Of a DNA stretch of 64,000 nucleotides, positions 9,868-20,461 are shown piece by piece. How positions within the stretch are numbered: position 1 is the first letter of the stretch; each line of letters begins with the position of its first letter. The notes under the pieces were generated by a model. It was not told the origin of the DNA, did no database searches, and was given only the letters and a program-made list of their open reading frames with translations. The position numbers and the translations under genes were made by a program. Source of the stretch: Bryobacterales bacterium (lineage in GTDB: Bacteria > Acidobacteriota > Terriglobia > Bryobacterales > UBA6623); the NCBI GenBank assembly GCA_963422375.2, contig OY729428.2, positions 1,984,001 to 2,048,000 of the forward strand, read 5' to 3'.

Positions 9868-11206
9868 CGCCCATGCAACTCCGAAGTGCGACACGCGCCG
9901 AGCCACAAGATGGCAGGGAGGGGAGAGGGGGGGCAGCGAGCGGTGGTGTGGCGGCAGTAGGCTGGTAGGTGCTGGAAGGAGCAGGGAGGCGGATGCGGAA
10001 GAGCTACACGCACGTGAGGCAGGAGGAGCGCTGCCGGAGCGAGACGCTGCGGGCGGCGGGCTGGGGAGCGGACAGGATCGCCGGGCAGCCGGGCCGCAAC
10101 CGGGCCACGATCTACCGGGAAGTGAGCCGCAACGGCCGACCGGCGGAGGGCGAGCGCGCGGCGAGCTACAGCTTGGGGAGCGCGCGGGAGCGCGCGGCGT
10201 CGTGCCGGCCGCGCCAGCTGACGTCGGCGCTGCGGACGCGGAGCGAGGACTGCCTGCGGCAGGACTGGAGCCCGGAGCAGGAGCCCGGAGCAGGTCGCGG
10301 CGCGGCTGAAGCGGGAAGGGGCGCTGGAGATCAGCCCTGAACGGATCTACCAGCTGGTGCGCGCGGAGCGGCGGCAGGGGGGCCGGCTGTACCGGCACCT
10401 GAGGCAGGGCGGCCGCAAGCGCGTGCGGCGGGTCGGCCGGACGGCGGGCCGCGGCCTGATCCCGGGGCGCGCGGACATCGCGGAGCGCCCGGCGGAGGCG
10501 CGAGCGCAGGCGCGCGTCGGCGAGCGGGGGGCCGACAGCGTGATCGGCGGGCAGCGCCGCGGGGCGCTGGTGACGCTGGTGGACCGGTTCTCTAAGTACC
10601 TGCTAGTGCAGCCGGTTAGCCGGCGCACGGCGCAGCTGGTCGGGGCGGCGATGACGGCCATGCTCGCAGGGATGCTCGCAGGGAGCGGGGCCGTGACGCA
10701 CACGCTCACGGCCGACAACGGCAAGGAGTTCGCGGGGCACCGGGAGGCACCGGGAGGTGGCGCAGCGGCTGGGGGCGGGCTTCTGCTTCGCGCGGCCCTG
10801 CCACTCCTGGGAGCGCGGGCTGAACGAGCCTGCCAACGGGCTGCTGCGGCAGTACTTCCCGCAGGGGACGGACCTGCGGCGGGTGGACCCGGCCCGGGTG
10901 CGGGAGGCGCGGGACCGCCTGAACCGGCGTCCGCGGAAGGTGCCGGGCGGGCGCACGCCGGAGGAAGTCTTCCGGGCGGAGCGGGAGCGGGTGCCGCGGG
11001 GCTGAGGCAGGGCTGGCAGCCCGCCGCGGGGACAGGGGCGCGGGGGAGCTGCGCCCGGACAGGCGCGGATTCGACCCTCCGGGCCTTGCTGCGGTCGCTG
11101 CGGCCCGGCAGCGGCTTGTCCGGCGCCGCTGGATCTGCTACTGTGGTCCTAGTATCCCAGCCCACCGCCCCTTACCCGCGTGTCGCACTTCGGAGTTGAA
11201 TGGGCG
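9868..11206 (+). mobile_element. IS30-family element (degenerate)
   Basis: About 30-bp IR cgcccatgcaactccgaagtgcgacacgcg / cgcgtgtcgcacttcggagttgaatgggcg (1 mismatch), flanked by 2-bp CC duplication. Confidence 0.9.
9993..11005 (+). pseudogene. IS30 transposase, frameshifted
   Basis: SYTHV...EER, ATIYREVSRN, WSPEQ, LVTLVDRFSKY, TLTADNGKEFA, PCHSWERGLNE..NGLLRQYFP and LNRRPRK motifs spread over three frames. Confidence 0.88.
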
Positions 11207-12278
11207 CCTGATTACCCACAAGACTCGGCCAAGGTTAGGAGGCGGCAAGGCCTGGGCGGGGTGCGCACGGAGGCGTGGAGCAGGCGGGGGACCAGCGCCT
11301 CCAGATCGTAGCGGCGGTTGAAGCGGTAGCGGAACTCGGCGAGGTACCGCGGCAGGTGCTTGCCGTCGAGCGCATGGCAGGTTCCCGCCAGGGACTGCTT
11401 GACGTGCGCCAGCATCGTGTTGACCCGGACGTTGACCCGGACGAAGCGGAAATCCCCGCAGCTCCGCTGCCCGCCTCCGGTGACGGTCGGCACGTGCTCG
11501 CAGCCGGCGCCGGCCACGCCCCGGAAGCAGGCCGGGCCGTCGGAATGCACCTCCGTGCCGGGCTGCAGGTGCCGCCCGGCCCACGCTGCCAGCGTCTTCT
11601 TGCGCAAGCCCGCCACGCTGCTCAGGCGCATCCTTGCCGGCGGCGGTGACCTGCACGGCGGCGACCAACGGCGTCTTGCCCGCCGCGCCGCGCCCGCGCT
11701 TGCCACCGGTCCGCTCCCCGCCCCAGTAGGCCCCAGTAGGCATCGTCCACCTGTACGATGCCGCCCGGCGGCACGCGCTCGTCGCGCTCCTTCAGCACTT
11801 GCAGGAGCTTGTGCTGCACATTCCAAGCCGTGTCTTCCAGGCCGTGTTCCGGCTGACCCCCAGCTGCCGCGCCAGTTCCAGCGACGAAACGCCGTGCTGG
11901 CCCTGCGTCAGCAGGTGGATCGCCAGGAACCAGACGGTCAGCGGCAGCTTGGTGGCGGCGAAGATCGTGCCGGCGACGAGGGAGGTCCGGCGGTGGCAGG
12001 CATGGCACTGCCGGAGCTTGCGGGAGCGGATGCGGCAGTGCCGCCGGGAGCCGCACTCCGGGCAGCGGAAGCCGTCCGGCCGCCGTCCGGCCAGCGGGCG
12101 TTGAAGACGGCGTGCTCGCATGGCCCCTCGCTGCCGTAGCGCTGCAGGAACTTGCCCGGGCTGAGTCCCTTCTGCAATTGCACGCGATTGCGTTTCAGCT
12201 GCTATCCCCTTTCCTGTCAGAGATTTCCGACCTCCTTCAGTATAGCATATCCTCGGCTGACGTTCGTTGGTAATCAGG
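11207..12278 (-). mobile_element. IS1595-family element B, copy 1 (degenerate transposase on - strand)
   Basis: Ends cctgattacc / ggtaatcagg; NRVQLQKGLS, VQVDDAY, VHSDG and YLAEFRYRFNRR motifs. Near-identical to 35752-36771. Flanks do not form a target duplication. Confidence 0.9.
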
Positions 12279-12899
12279 AAGACTTTTGCGCCCCTCAGTA
12301 GATCAGGTTAATATGAGATTTTTATCCGTGTATTTGGCCTGCACAGTGGATCAATATTCTTCATTGATCACCTTAGATGATGATGGGAAATTGAAGATTA
12401 TATCCTCAGAATATATCTCTAGATATGTCGATAAATCAAATAAGTATATTGTCACAATTGTAAATCCAATGACAGGCTCAGTTTCTGACTCTCATCGACA
12501 CGAAGTTCAAGTCTGGACTCACCGAATGGCGCAATTGCGTGAAGGCGGATAGGGCTGCTTGGTCCTCCTATGTGGTGACATTCTCTGCTGTGCAAGCGAG
12601 AATTGAGGTTTTTCGGCTTGTATTCTTCTGGATCGGCGAATAATGCCACTTCTGCTTCTGCAACTGAGGAGCCGGACCGGTCGGCACCACGCACGGCAAC
12701 AGTCCCACCGGACACCGGACTGCGGGCTCCACTGCTTTGACGGGGACGGGTCCGTGCGCCATTCCGTCGTACCGTTGCTATCCCAGCATATGCTCGCCGG
12801 CCATTGCCAGGCGGTCGGTGGCCATTGCACAGTCGCTCGTCCAGGCCCGGCCGCGCGGCCCGCTGGGCCGTTGATGGGATCGATGGACCAACGGTCGCG

Positions 12900-13362
12900 A
12901 AGGAGTCCCGGCAACCTGCACTGTCCGATGGCCCTTGGATGACGTTGGGCTTGCGCGGGCCGAGGCGCACGGAACCCATTGTGGGCGGGAAGCGGCAAGA
13001 TTCCGCGCGGTCAGATCTACCCGCGCAGATACGTCCCGTCCATTGAACTGCAGACGCGGGCACCCGAAGCCGAACGAAATGCGTCGAATGGCTCGGTGCG
13101 ACGGACCGGTAGGCTCGCTGCGAGGGAGTGCCGGAGACGTTCGACTTGCTCGGCCGCACGTACCGCTGCGCTAGGAGCTTGGACGGACGCGTCCGCCTGG
13201 CGGGGCAGCGGGTCGCGGCTACCCCCATCTGAGCACTTGAGCCACTTCCTGGGGCCGCTGCAGACGCCGCGGCGTAGCTTGCAGCGGGTCGCGTCAGGTG
13301 GGAGCCATGAGCGGCCCGGTCCCGGAAACTCTGGCAGCGCACACGCGAACCCTACCCCCGAC
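12900..13362 (+). mobile_element. Probable heavily decayed group II intron / reverse transcriptase relic
   Basis: Peptide RTKCVEW...RCEGVPETFDLLGRTYRCARSLDGRVRL resembles the RT7/X region (KT..IEF...GKPETFDFLGFT). ggtgggagcc at about 13297 resembles a domain V start, and ccctacccccgac ending at 13362 resembles a domain VI 3' end. Confidence 0.45.
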
Positions 13363-13532
13363 GTGACGCCCGTTCCGCCGTCAACTACCTCAGATTGAAG
13401 CCGGATGCGCTGGTGTTCATTTCCGCATCTGGGCGGGATGCACCGGGCAGCAGGTGGTCTTCCTGCGATGCTCCGAGGTGCCCGCTGCTCGGTTTCGACG
13501 CGATTCGCAGGCCCGTAGTACTCTGGTTCCCG

Positions 13533-14399
13533 GTGGGCCCATCCGGATCGGCGAACAGGCCTCGGATCGCCGAGTGGGTCCTTGCGGGCTACTTCGCTTA
13601 TACGCTGGCTCTAGCGTTCGTCCTGTCGCTGGCAGGGGGCGCACGGCTTATGGTCCTGTGCGCGAGTGCCGGTGCGCTCGCGACCCTCCACTGGTTCGGC
13701 CGCTCGAGCGCGGCGCGCCTGCCAACCCTAGTGCGAGATGGGCTGCCGATTGCCGGCGTCCTGCTCGCCTACAGACAGATCGGCTGGTTCGCGCAGCCGC
13801 AATCAGACCGTGCCTTGGAGGCGGCTTGGGTTCGCTGGGACCGCCTGCTGCTCTCCGAGTGGAGGCTCCAAGCGGCCATCGAGTCGCTGGGCCCGGTCAT
13901 TCCGGGAGCACTGGAACTGCTGTACCTCTTGACATATGTCGTCGCCCCGGCGGGCTTGGCCATTCTCTGGGCGCTTGGCCGCATGGATCGCGCAGACCAT
14001 TTGCTGGCGTTCTTCGCGGCGTCTGCGGTCGCATCCTACGCGCTGTACCCGTACTTTCCCTCGGAGACTCCCCGGACGCTGTTTCCCGGCGACTTGGTAG
14101 GGAATTACGACACGGTCTTCCGGCGCTTCAACTGGTGGATCCTCGGGGGAGCCGGGATTCATACGAGCGTTTTCCCCAGCGGTCACGTCTCGTCGGCGTT
14201 CGGCGTGGGTTTCGGGCTGCTTCACGCCCTCCCGCGCCTCAAGCGCTACGGAGTCGCATTGACCCTCGTCGCCGTCGGCATCGCGGTCGCGACGGTGTAC
14301 GGGCGGTATCACTACGCAGTTGACGCGCTGGCCGGGCTGGCGGCGAGCGGGGCGGCCTCGGTCGCCTGCGTGATCGCGTTCCGCCGCCGACTGCGTTGA
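13533..14399 (+). CDS. PAP2-family membrane phosphatase (PAP2_3/Aur1-like)
   Basis: Multiple TM segments; FPSETPR, FPSGH and TVYGRYHYAVD motifs. Start uncertain (ORF open from 13395). Confidence 0.85.
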   Translation: MGPSGSANRPRIAEWVLAGYFAYTLALAFVLSLAGGARLMVLCASAGALATLHWFGRSSAARLPTLVRDGLPIAGVLLAYRQIGWFAQPQSDRALEAAWVRWDRLLLSEWRLQAAIESLGPVIPGALELLYLLTYVVAPAGLAILWALGRMDRADHLLAFFAASAVASYALYPYFPSETPRTLFPGDLVGNYDTVFRRFNWWILGGAGIHTSVFPSGHVSSAFGVGFGLLHALPRLKRYGVALTLVAVGIAVATVYGRYHYAVDALAGLAASGAASVACVIAFRRRLR

Positions 14400-14494
14400 G
14401 TGCGCTCGCGGGTGCCGGGCCGGCTGGCCCGCGAGAGTCGGGCTGCCGGATTCCCTGGCCGACGTACGGCGGATCGCCAATACCATGTAAGACG

Positions 14495-15931
14495 ATGCCT
14501 GTGCAAATCCGGGATTTGGATCAAGACGCTTTCGGCCTAGCCGGGATGGTGCGGCGCGGGGAGGTGTCGGCAGTCGAGCTAGTCGATGCCGCGATCGACG
14601 CCATCGAGCGCACCAATGGCGACGTCAACGCGGTCGTCACGCCCATGTTCGAGATCGCAAGGGCGGAAGCGGCGCGGGCGCTGCCCGCGACCCCGTTCGC
14701 GGGCGTTCCCTTTCTGCTCAAGGACCTCCGCGCGCGCTACGCGGGCGTTCCCACTTCCGAAGGCAACCGCCTGCTTGGCGCGTCCCGAGCGCGCTACGAC
14801 AGCGAGATCGTTTCGCGGCACAAACGGGCCGGCCTGATCTGCGTAGGAAAGACGAACACGCCCGAGTTCGGGCTGACTGCCACGACCGAGCCCCATGCCT
14901 TCGGCCCGACCCGCAATCCCTGGGATCTGGGCCGAACGCCGGGCGGCTCGAGCGGGGGTGCGGCGGCTGCCGTGGCGGCTAGGGCAGTGCCGATGGCGCA
15001 CGCGAGCGACGGGGGGGGATCGATTCGGATTCCGGCTGCGTGCTGCGGGTTGGTAGGCCTCAAGCCCACGCGCGGGAGGTCGCCTCTCGGCCCGGACGCC
15101 GGGGACGTGATGAACGGGCTCGTGGTCGAGCACGCCGTTGCCCTCTCGGTGAGGGACAGCGCGGCCCTTCTCGACGCGACGGAAGGCCCGGACCCAGGCG
15201 ATCCGTACTGGGCCCCTCCCAAACTGCGTCCGTTCCTTGACGAGACGCAGGCCGCTCCCGGCAGGCTCCGCGTCGCCTTCTCGGCGGCCTCCCCATCCGG
15301 AGGGCCAGTCCACGCGGCCTGCAAGACGGCGGTGGATTCGACGGCGTCGCTACTCGAGGAATTGGGGCACGATGTCGAGGAAGCCGCCCCGGAGTATGAC
15401 GACCGCGCGTTCCGCGTCGCGTTCACGACCGTTTGGTTCTCGAATCTCGCCGCCAATCTGGCGAGCATGGCGGACGCGCTGGGCTGCGAGCTGACCGAGG
15501 CGCACTGCGAGCGGGCCACGCTGGAGTACGGCGCTAGGGGCGCCGAGCACAGCGCGGCGGACTACGTCGCGGCTGTCGCGAGCATCCAAGCGACCAGCCG
15601 TCGTGTCGCGCGCTTCTACGAGACGTTCGATGTCTCCTTGACGCCGACCCTGGCCGCTCCGCCGCCGCGGATCGGCCGGCTACATCCAGCCGAGGGCGAA
15701 GCCGACGTGCGACCCTACGGGAGGCGGGTGAGGGAATTCGCGCCCTTCACGCAGCTTGCGAACGCCACCGGTCAGCCAGCGATCTCGCTGCCGCTCTACT
15801 GGCAGGACGGACTGCCTGTCGGAGTGCAGTTCACAGCCCGCTTCGGCGACGAAGCGACGCTGTTCCGGCTGGCGTCGCAATTGGAAGCGGCCCGGCCTTG
15901 GGCCCGCCGTCGGCCGCCTCTGTGCGCCTAG
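14495..15931 (+). CDS. Amidase signature family protein
   Basis: [23 protein letters not shown] and [11 protein letters not shown] motifs. Confidence 0.95.
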   Translation: MPVQIRDLDQDAFGLAGMVRRGEVSAVELVDAAIDAIERTNGDVNAVVTPMFEIARAEAARALPATPFAGVPFLLKDLRARYAGVPTSEGNRLLGASRARYDSEIVSRHKRAGLICVGKTNTPEFGLTATTEPHAFGPTRNPWDLGRTPGGSSGGAAAAVAARAVPMAHASDGGGSIRIPAACCGLVGLKPTRGRSPLGPDAGDVMNGLVVEHAVALSVRDSAALLDATEGPDPGDPYWAPPKLRPFLDETQAAPGRLRVAFSAASPSGGPVHAACKTAVDSTASLLEELGHDVEEAAPEYDDRAFRVAFTTVWFSNLAANLASMADALGCELTEAHCERATLEYGARGAEHSAADYVAAVASIQATSRRVARFYETFDVSLTPTLAAPPPRIGRLHPAEGEADVRPYGRRVREFAPFTQLANATGQPAISLPLYWQDGLPVGVQFTARFGDEATLFRLASQLEAARPWARRRPPLCA

Positions 15932-15974
15932 CCGAGCCGGAGAGCGTGAGAGCCGGCGTCTGCCGGCCCGCCCG

Positions 15975-16829
15975 CTACCGCAGGTTGCGGGCGGGGAAGC
16001 GCTTCGCGACTCGTTCGTAGATCTCCGTCATCGCTTCGATGAACGAATTGTGCCGATCCCAGAATTCCGGGTAGTCTCCCTCGCGTCTCAGCAGAAGAGC
16101 AGGCACCGGGGGCGGCGGCCGCTCGGCGGTCACCGCCCTCGGCAGTGGGGTCCCGCGCCAGAAGGCCCGCAGATCGTCCGGCGCGGCATGCTCCGCGACC
16201 GCGCCGACATCCGGCAGCCGGGGCTCTCGGAGCGCCGCTTCGAGACTCGGATCGCTCTCCGCACCTGGCTCGAGCAGGGCGGCCCCGAACTGGGACTTCT
16301 TCAGCGAGGCCATCAGTTTCTTGCGATTCATCCCGCGGAGTTCGAACAGCAGCAGCGGGTCACGGTCCAACAGGGCGGCCACGTGGTAGTAGACGCCAGC
16401 CACGTGCTTGCATGGGTTCGCGAAGTCCGGGCAAGAGCAGGACGCATGCAGGTCCTCTCGCATCCGGGGCAGCAGCTTGACCTTGGATCCGTCGAGAGCA
16501 TCCTCAATCGTTGGCGGCACCTCGCCGAGAATCAGGTGCGTCACCCAGTCGGCGTTCGTGCCCAAGCGCTCGAGGATGCCCTTCCAGCGCTGCGCGGGGA
16601 TTCGCTCAAACTCGATCGCCACCTCGTAGTAGGGCGTCTCGTGCACGCCGAAGTAGGCGCTGATGTTCCCCTTGATCGTGGCGGTGATCCTGCCAGCCTT
16701 CATGCCGAAGGCTGCGCGCCGATGCGCGCGCGCGTAGCTGCGGCCCCTCGCCAGCCGCCCCGGCTCCATGAATGTCTCGAGCGCTCCGAGAAACTTCTGG
16801 CCCTACCAAGTCTTGCCCCGGTTCGCCAT
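15975..16829 (-). pseudogene. SWIM zinc-finger protein with N-terminal nonsense codon
   Basis: CSCPDFANPCKH SWIM motif and RLARGRSYA. From ATG 16829 it reads MANRGKTW*GQKFL, with TAG at 16803-16805 replacing the second W of the TWWG motif. Confidence 0.8.
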
Positions 16830-16845
16830 GCCCCTGCCGTCCCGC

Positions 16846-19800
16846 TCAGCCCACCACAGCCTCGGAGCGGTCCAGCGCGACCAGCGCCCGGAGCGTGTCG
16901 TTGTCCAGGCTCGCCAGCCACGACTCGTCCGTTCCGACGACGTCCTCGGCCAGCTGCTTCTTCGATTCGATGAGTTCGTCGATCCGCTCCTCGAGCGTCC
17001 CCATGGTGACCATCTTGTGAACGAAGACTGTCCTCTCCTGCCCGATGCGGTATGCCCGGTCGGTGGCTTGGTTCTCCACGGCGGGATTCCACCAGCGATC
17101 GAAGTGAATCACGTGATTGGCTCGGGTCAACGTGATGCCCGTGCCGCCGGCCCGCAGCGAGAGCACGAACACCGCCCGATCCATGTCGGGGTTCTGGAAC
17201 TCCTGCACCATGTGCTCCCGCAGCGCCCGCGGGGTGCCGCCGTGCAGGTAGTAGACCGCACCCCCGAATCGCGAGCGGAACAGCCGCTCGAGCGCCTTGC
17301 CGACTTCGGAGAACTGGGTGAACACCAGGGCGCTTTCTCCTTCCGCCTCGACTTCCTCGAGCATCTCGCAGACGCGGGCGAGCTTGTGTGAGCGCGCTGG
17401 TGCGAATTCGGTGCCGTCCTGCAGGAACTGCGCCGGGTGGTTGCAGATCTGCTTCAGGCGCATCAGAGTGGTGAGCACTACGCCCTGCCGGGCGATTCCA
17501 TCCTCGCCCCGCAGCTGCGCATCCAAGTCCTTGACAACGGCCTCGTACAGCGCAGCCTGCTCCGGCGTCAGGTTGCAGAGGGAGTTCCGCTCGACCTTTT
17601 CGGGCAGGTCCCGGATGATCTCCTTGTTGGTCTTCATGCGCCGCAGGATGAACGGCCGCACCAATCCGCGTAGCCGTTCGCTAGCGCCGCGGTCCTTCTC
17701 GCGCATGATCGGGCGCTCGATCGTCTTGCGGAACTCGCTGATCGTGCCGAGATACCCGGGATTGAGGAAGCTGAAGAGCGACCACAAGTCCAGCAGGCGG
17801 TTCTCGACCGGCGTGCCGGTGAGCGCGATGCGGCGGTCGGCCTTGATCCCGCGAATGGCCTTGGTGATCGCGGCGGTGGGATTCTTGATGTTCTGCGACT
17901 CGTCGACCACCAGCCGGTGCCACCGCATCCGCCTGAGCACGGCCGCGTCCAGCCTAGCCACGCCGAACGAGGCGATCACGAGATCGCTGCCACGGACCGC
18001 GCTCGCCAGGGCCGCCTTGCTCTTGGGGCGCTGAGGCCCGTGGTGGATGTAGGTGACCAGGCCCGGGGCGAACCGCCGGGCTTCCCTCTGCCAGTTCCCG
18101 AGGACCGACGTTGGAGCGACCAGCAAGGTGGGTCCGGCCTCCGGGTTCCGGGTCTTGTCCCCGAGGATCGCGGCCAATACTTGGATCGTCTTGCCAAGTC
18201 CCATGTCGTCGGCGAGGCAGGCACCGAGACCGAGGCGCTCCAGATACGTCAGCCACGAATAGCCTCGCACCTGGTATGTGCGCAGGGTGCCGGCGAAAGC
18301 GGGCGGCTGCTCTAGGATTTCGAGCCTGTCGGGCTCCAGCAGGCCGGCGAGGATCTGGCGCGCATCGCCTTCGAGGACGACCTCGACCTGGGCGCCGTCC
18401 TCCCGCGCCCGGGCCTGCAGAAGCTCGGACAGCGTGCTCGTCTGGAGGGCCCCGCCGGAATCCCAGTACTCCTCGAGACTGGCGACCTCGTCGCGGCGCA
18501 ATTCCATCCACTGCCCGCGCAATTGGACGAGGCCTTCCTTGGTGTCGACGATCTGCTTCCACTCGCTGCGAGCCAGCGGCTGCCCGTCCAGCACGACCTG
18601 GGGCTCGAACTCCAACAGGGCGTCGGTCGCCGAGCATCCCGGACGATTCCGTGCCTTGGGTTTCCCCGCCGCTTCCGCCGGTCGTTCGGAGTCGCAGGCG
18701 CAGCCGGCGCTGGCCTGTCGCCGTCCACCAGGACGGCACGATTACGCGGAAGCCGGCACCCTGGAGGATCGGGGCCTGCTCTCGCAGGAAATCGAGCGCC
18801 TCGTCTCGGAGGAGGCTGACCTCGCTGGGCACCTCGCTGCGCATTCCCTCCCAGAGCTTGCCGTAGAGCCGCGCCGCTTGGCCGAGCTGCCGGAGGACCG
18901 CCCGGACCCGACCCGGTTCTGGGCGGCCGCCACCGCCCGGCTCCCAGAACTCGCGCAACGGCACGAGCATCGATGGATCGTCAGGCGAGCTGAGCAGCCA
19001 CTCCAGGCGCCAGGAATCCGCTTGGTCCGCCGTGGGGTCGCTGAGCCGCATGCAGACCAGTTCCTGGGCGGGGCTAGAGGATCGCTGAATCCGGTCTCGC
19101 CAGCGCCGCCACATCCGCCATAGAGACTCGTCCACAGGCGGAGGCGGAGAAGTCGGGCGCACGACTTCGGAGGACGGACGCAGGCCGCGCTCCAGGAGCG
19201 AATTCTCGACATGCTTGTACACGGCCTGCGTGTAGTTCGTCTGCCGGACGGCAAGCTGCAGCTGGGCCTGCAGGAAGTGCCGGACTAGCGCGCGGGGATC
19301 GCGCAGCGTGGCCCGGCCGCCGACGAACTCCGGCGGTTCAGGCCAGAGCGAGCGGCACACGAGGGGCATCGCCCGGGAAAAGGGCTCTTCGATGTCCGAC
19401 TGCACCGAGTCGGCCCACTCCCAGGTCACTTCGAATTCCGCCTGCGGCGCGGAGATCATCCGGCGCCTGCCCCGCCGCCTGGGCGCTGGCTGTGGGGGCT
19501 TGGCTTGCGCGTGGATGGCGGGCAGGTACTCGTGCCCGCGAAGCGCCTGGCCGAGGCTCGCCGCGAGGTTTCGCCAGAAGTGGAGATCCTGGCCCAAGCG
19601 CAGGTGTCCCGCGGCGACTGGGCCGGCCAAGGCCAATAACGCCAAGACCTCCAGCGGGTCCTCCACCTCGACGGCAGCCACGTGCCAGACGCCCCAGCTC
19701 GAGGCCTCACGATCGCGGTCGACCAGAGCCTGCAGATCCAGCGACGGCGCGGGTCGCGAGCCGTCGCCGGGAAGGACGGCCCAGGCGCCCTCCGTGCGGG

Positions 19801-20098
19801 GAAGGATCGCGGGCGCAGGCCCCCTAGGTGCTTGAAGTGCCTCGGTCAGCCTCTCAGCGAGAGACTGGAGGCACACTTGGAACGGATGCTCGCCGTCCTC
19901 TGCGCGAGTCTCTGCGACAGCCTCCGCCCAGAAGACGAAGCGCCCCTCCCCCGCGTCCGGCAGCCAGCCGCCGTGCAGGACGCACGGCAGGGGACCCGTC
20001 GCGGTGGGACCGGCCGCACTGTCCGGCGCAACGCCATCGCTTGGCACTGCAATTGGCTCCCGCCCCGTTTGATCGCTCTGGAGGGTACCTCCGCGCAC
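16846..20098 (-). pseudogene. SNF2-family helicase (DUF3670-type N-terminus), frameshifted near 18620
   Basis: LADDMGLGKT, VDESQNIK, LTGTPVEN, LRAGGTGITL and QATDRAYRIGQ in ORF 16846-18615. The N-terminal half (LHGGWLP...VIVPSWW) is in another frame. Confidence 0.9.
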
Positions 20099-20461
20099 TG
20101 TCTAGATCCAGCGTATCAGCAGCTACCGCCGCCCGGCGGCGGGAGCGCCGCGTTCCGCGCAACCCCCGGGCGCTAGGCTGGACCACGGCGTCTCGAGCGC
20201 ACCGGCTCCTTGCGGTGTCCCCGCCCTTCGCGCCCGGGCGAAGCGCCGGGCGCTGCCACATCGCATGGGCCGGAAGGCCGGCCGGGGCATTGCCGCCGGT
20301 ACCTAGGTCAACGCGCGGCCCGTCCTTCCGAGAACGGGGCCCTGCATCGAGCGTGGCGCCGGTCCCGCGGCTAGCCTCGCGCCGCGACTACCGGCTCCTT
20401 GCGAACGGCCGCGCCGACCCATCGATCTCGAGCGACGGGATTCGTCGCACCCGACGCGAGT

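Larger units (their letters stand above)
8016..12552 (+). pseudogene. AT-rich foreign ORF relic, fragmented by three IS elements (segments about 8016-8166, 9790-9865, 12279-12552)
   Basis: The three AT-rich segments rejoin in one + frame: MIKNHAISSASYK|TSIPLVKKILSPIYQGKDFAEMLRIV|RLLRPSVDQVNMRFLSVY... No recognisable family. Confidence 0.45.

Noticed and set aside
12452..13342. 296-aa minus-strand ORF
   Set aside because: No recognisable domain. It overlaps the + strand RT-like relic and the AT-rich frame, although its last 70 codons could be a gene remnant.
16803..16805. Amber recoding (pyrrolysine or TAG reassignment)
   Set aside because: Many intact genes here end in TAG, no pyl genes are present, and the partner helicase is also broken.
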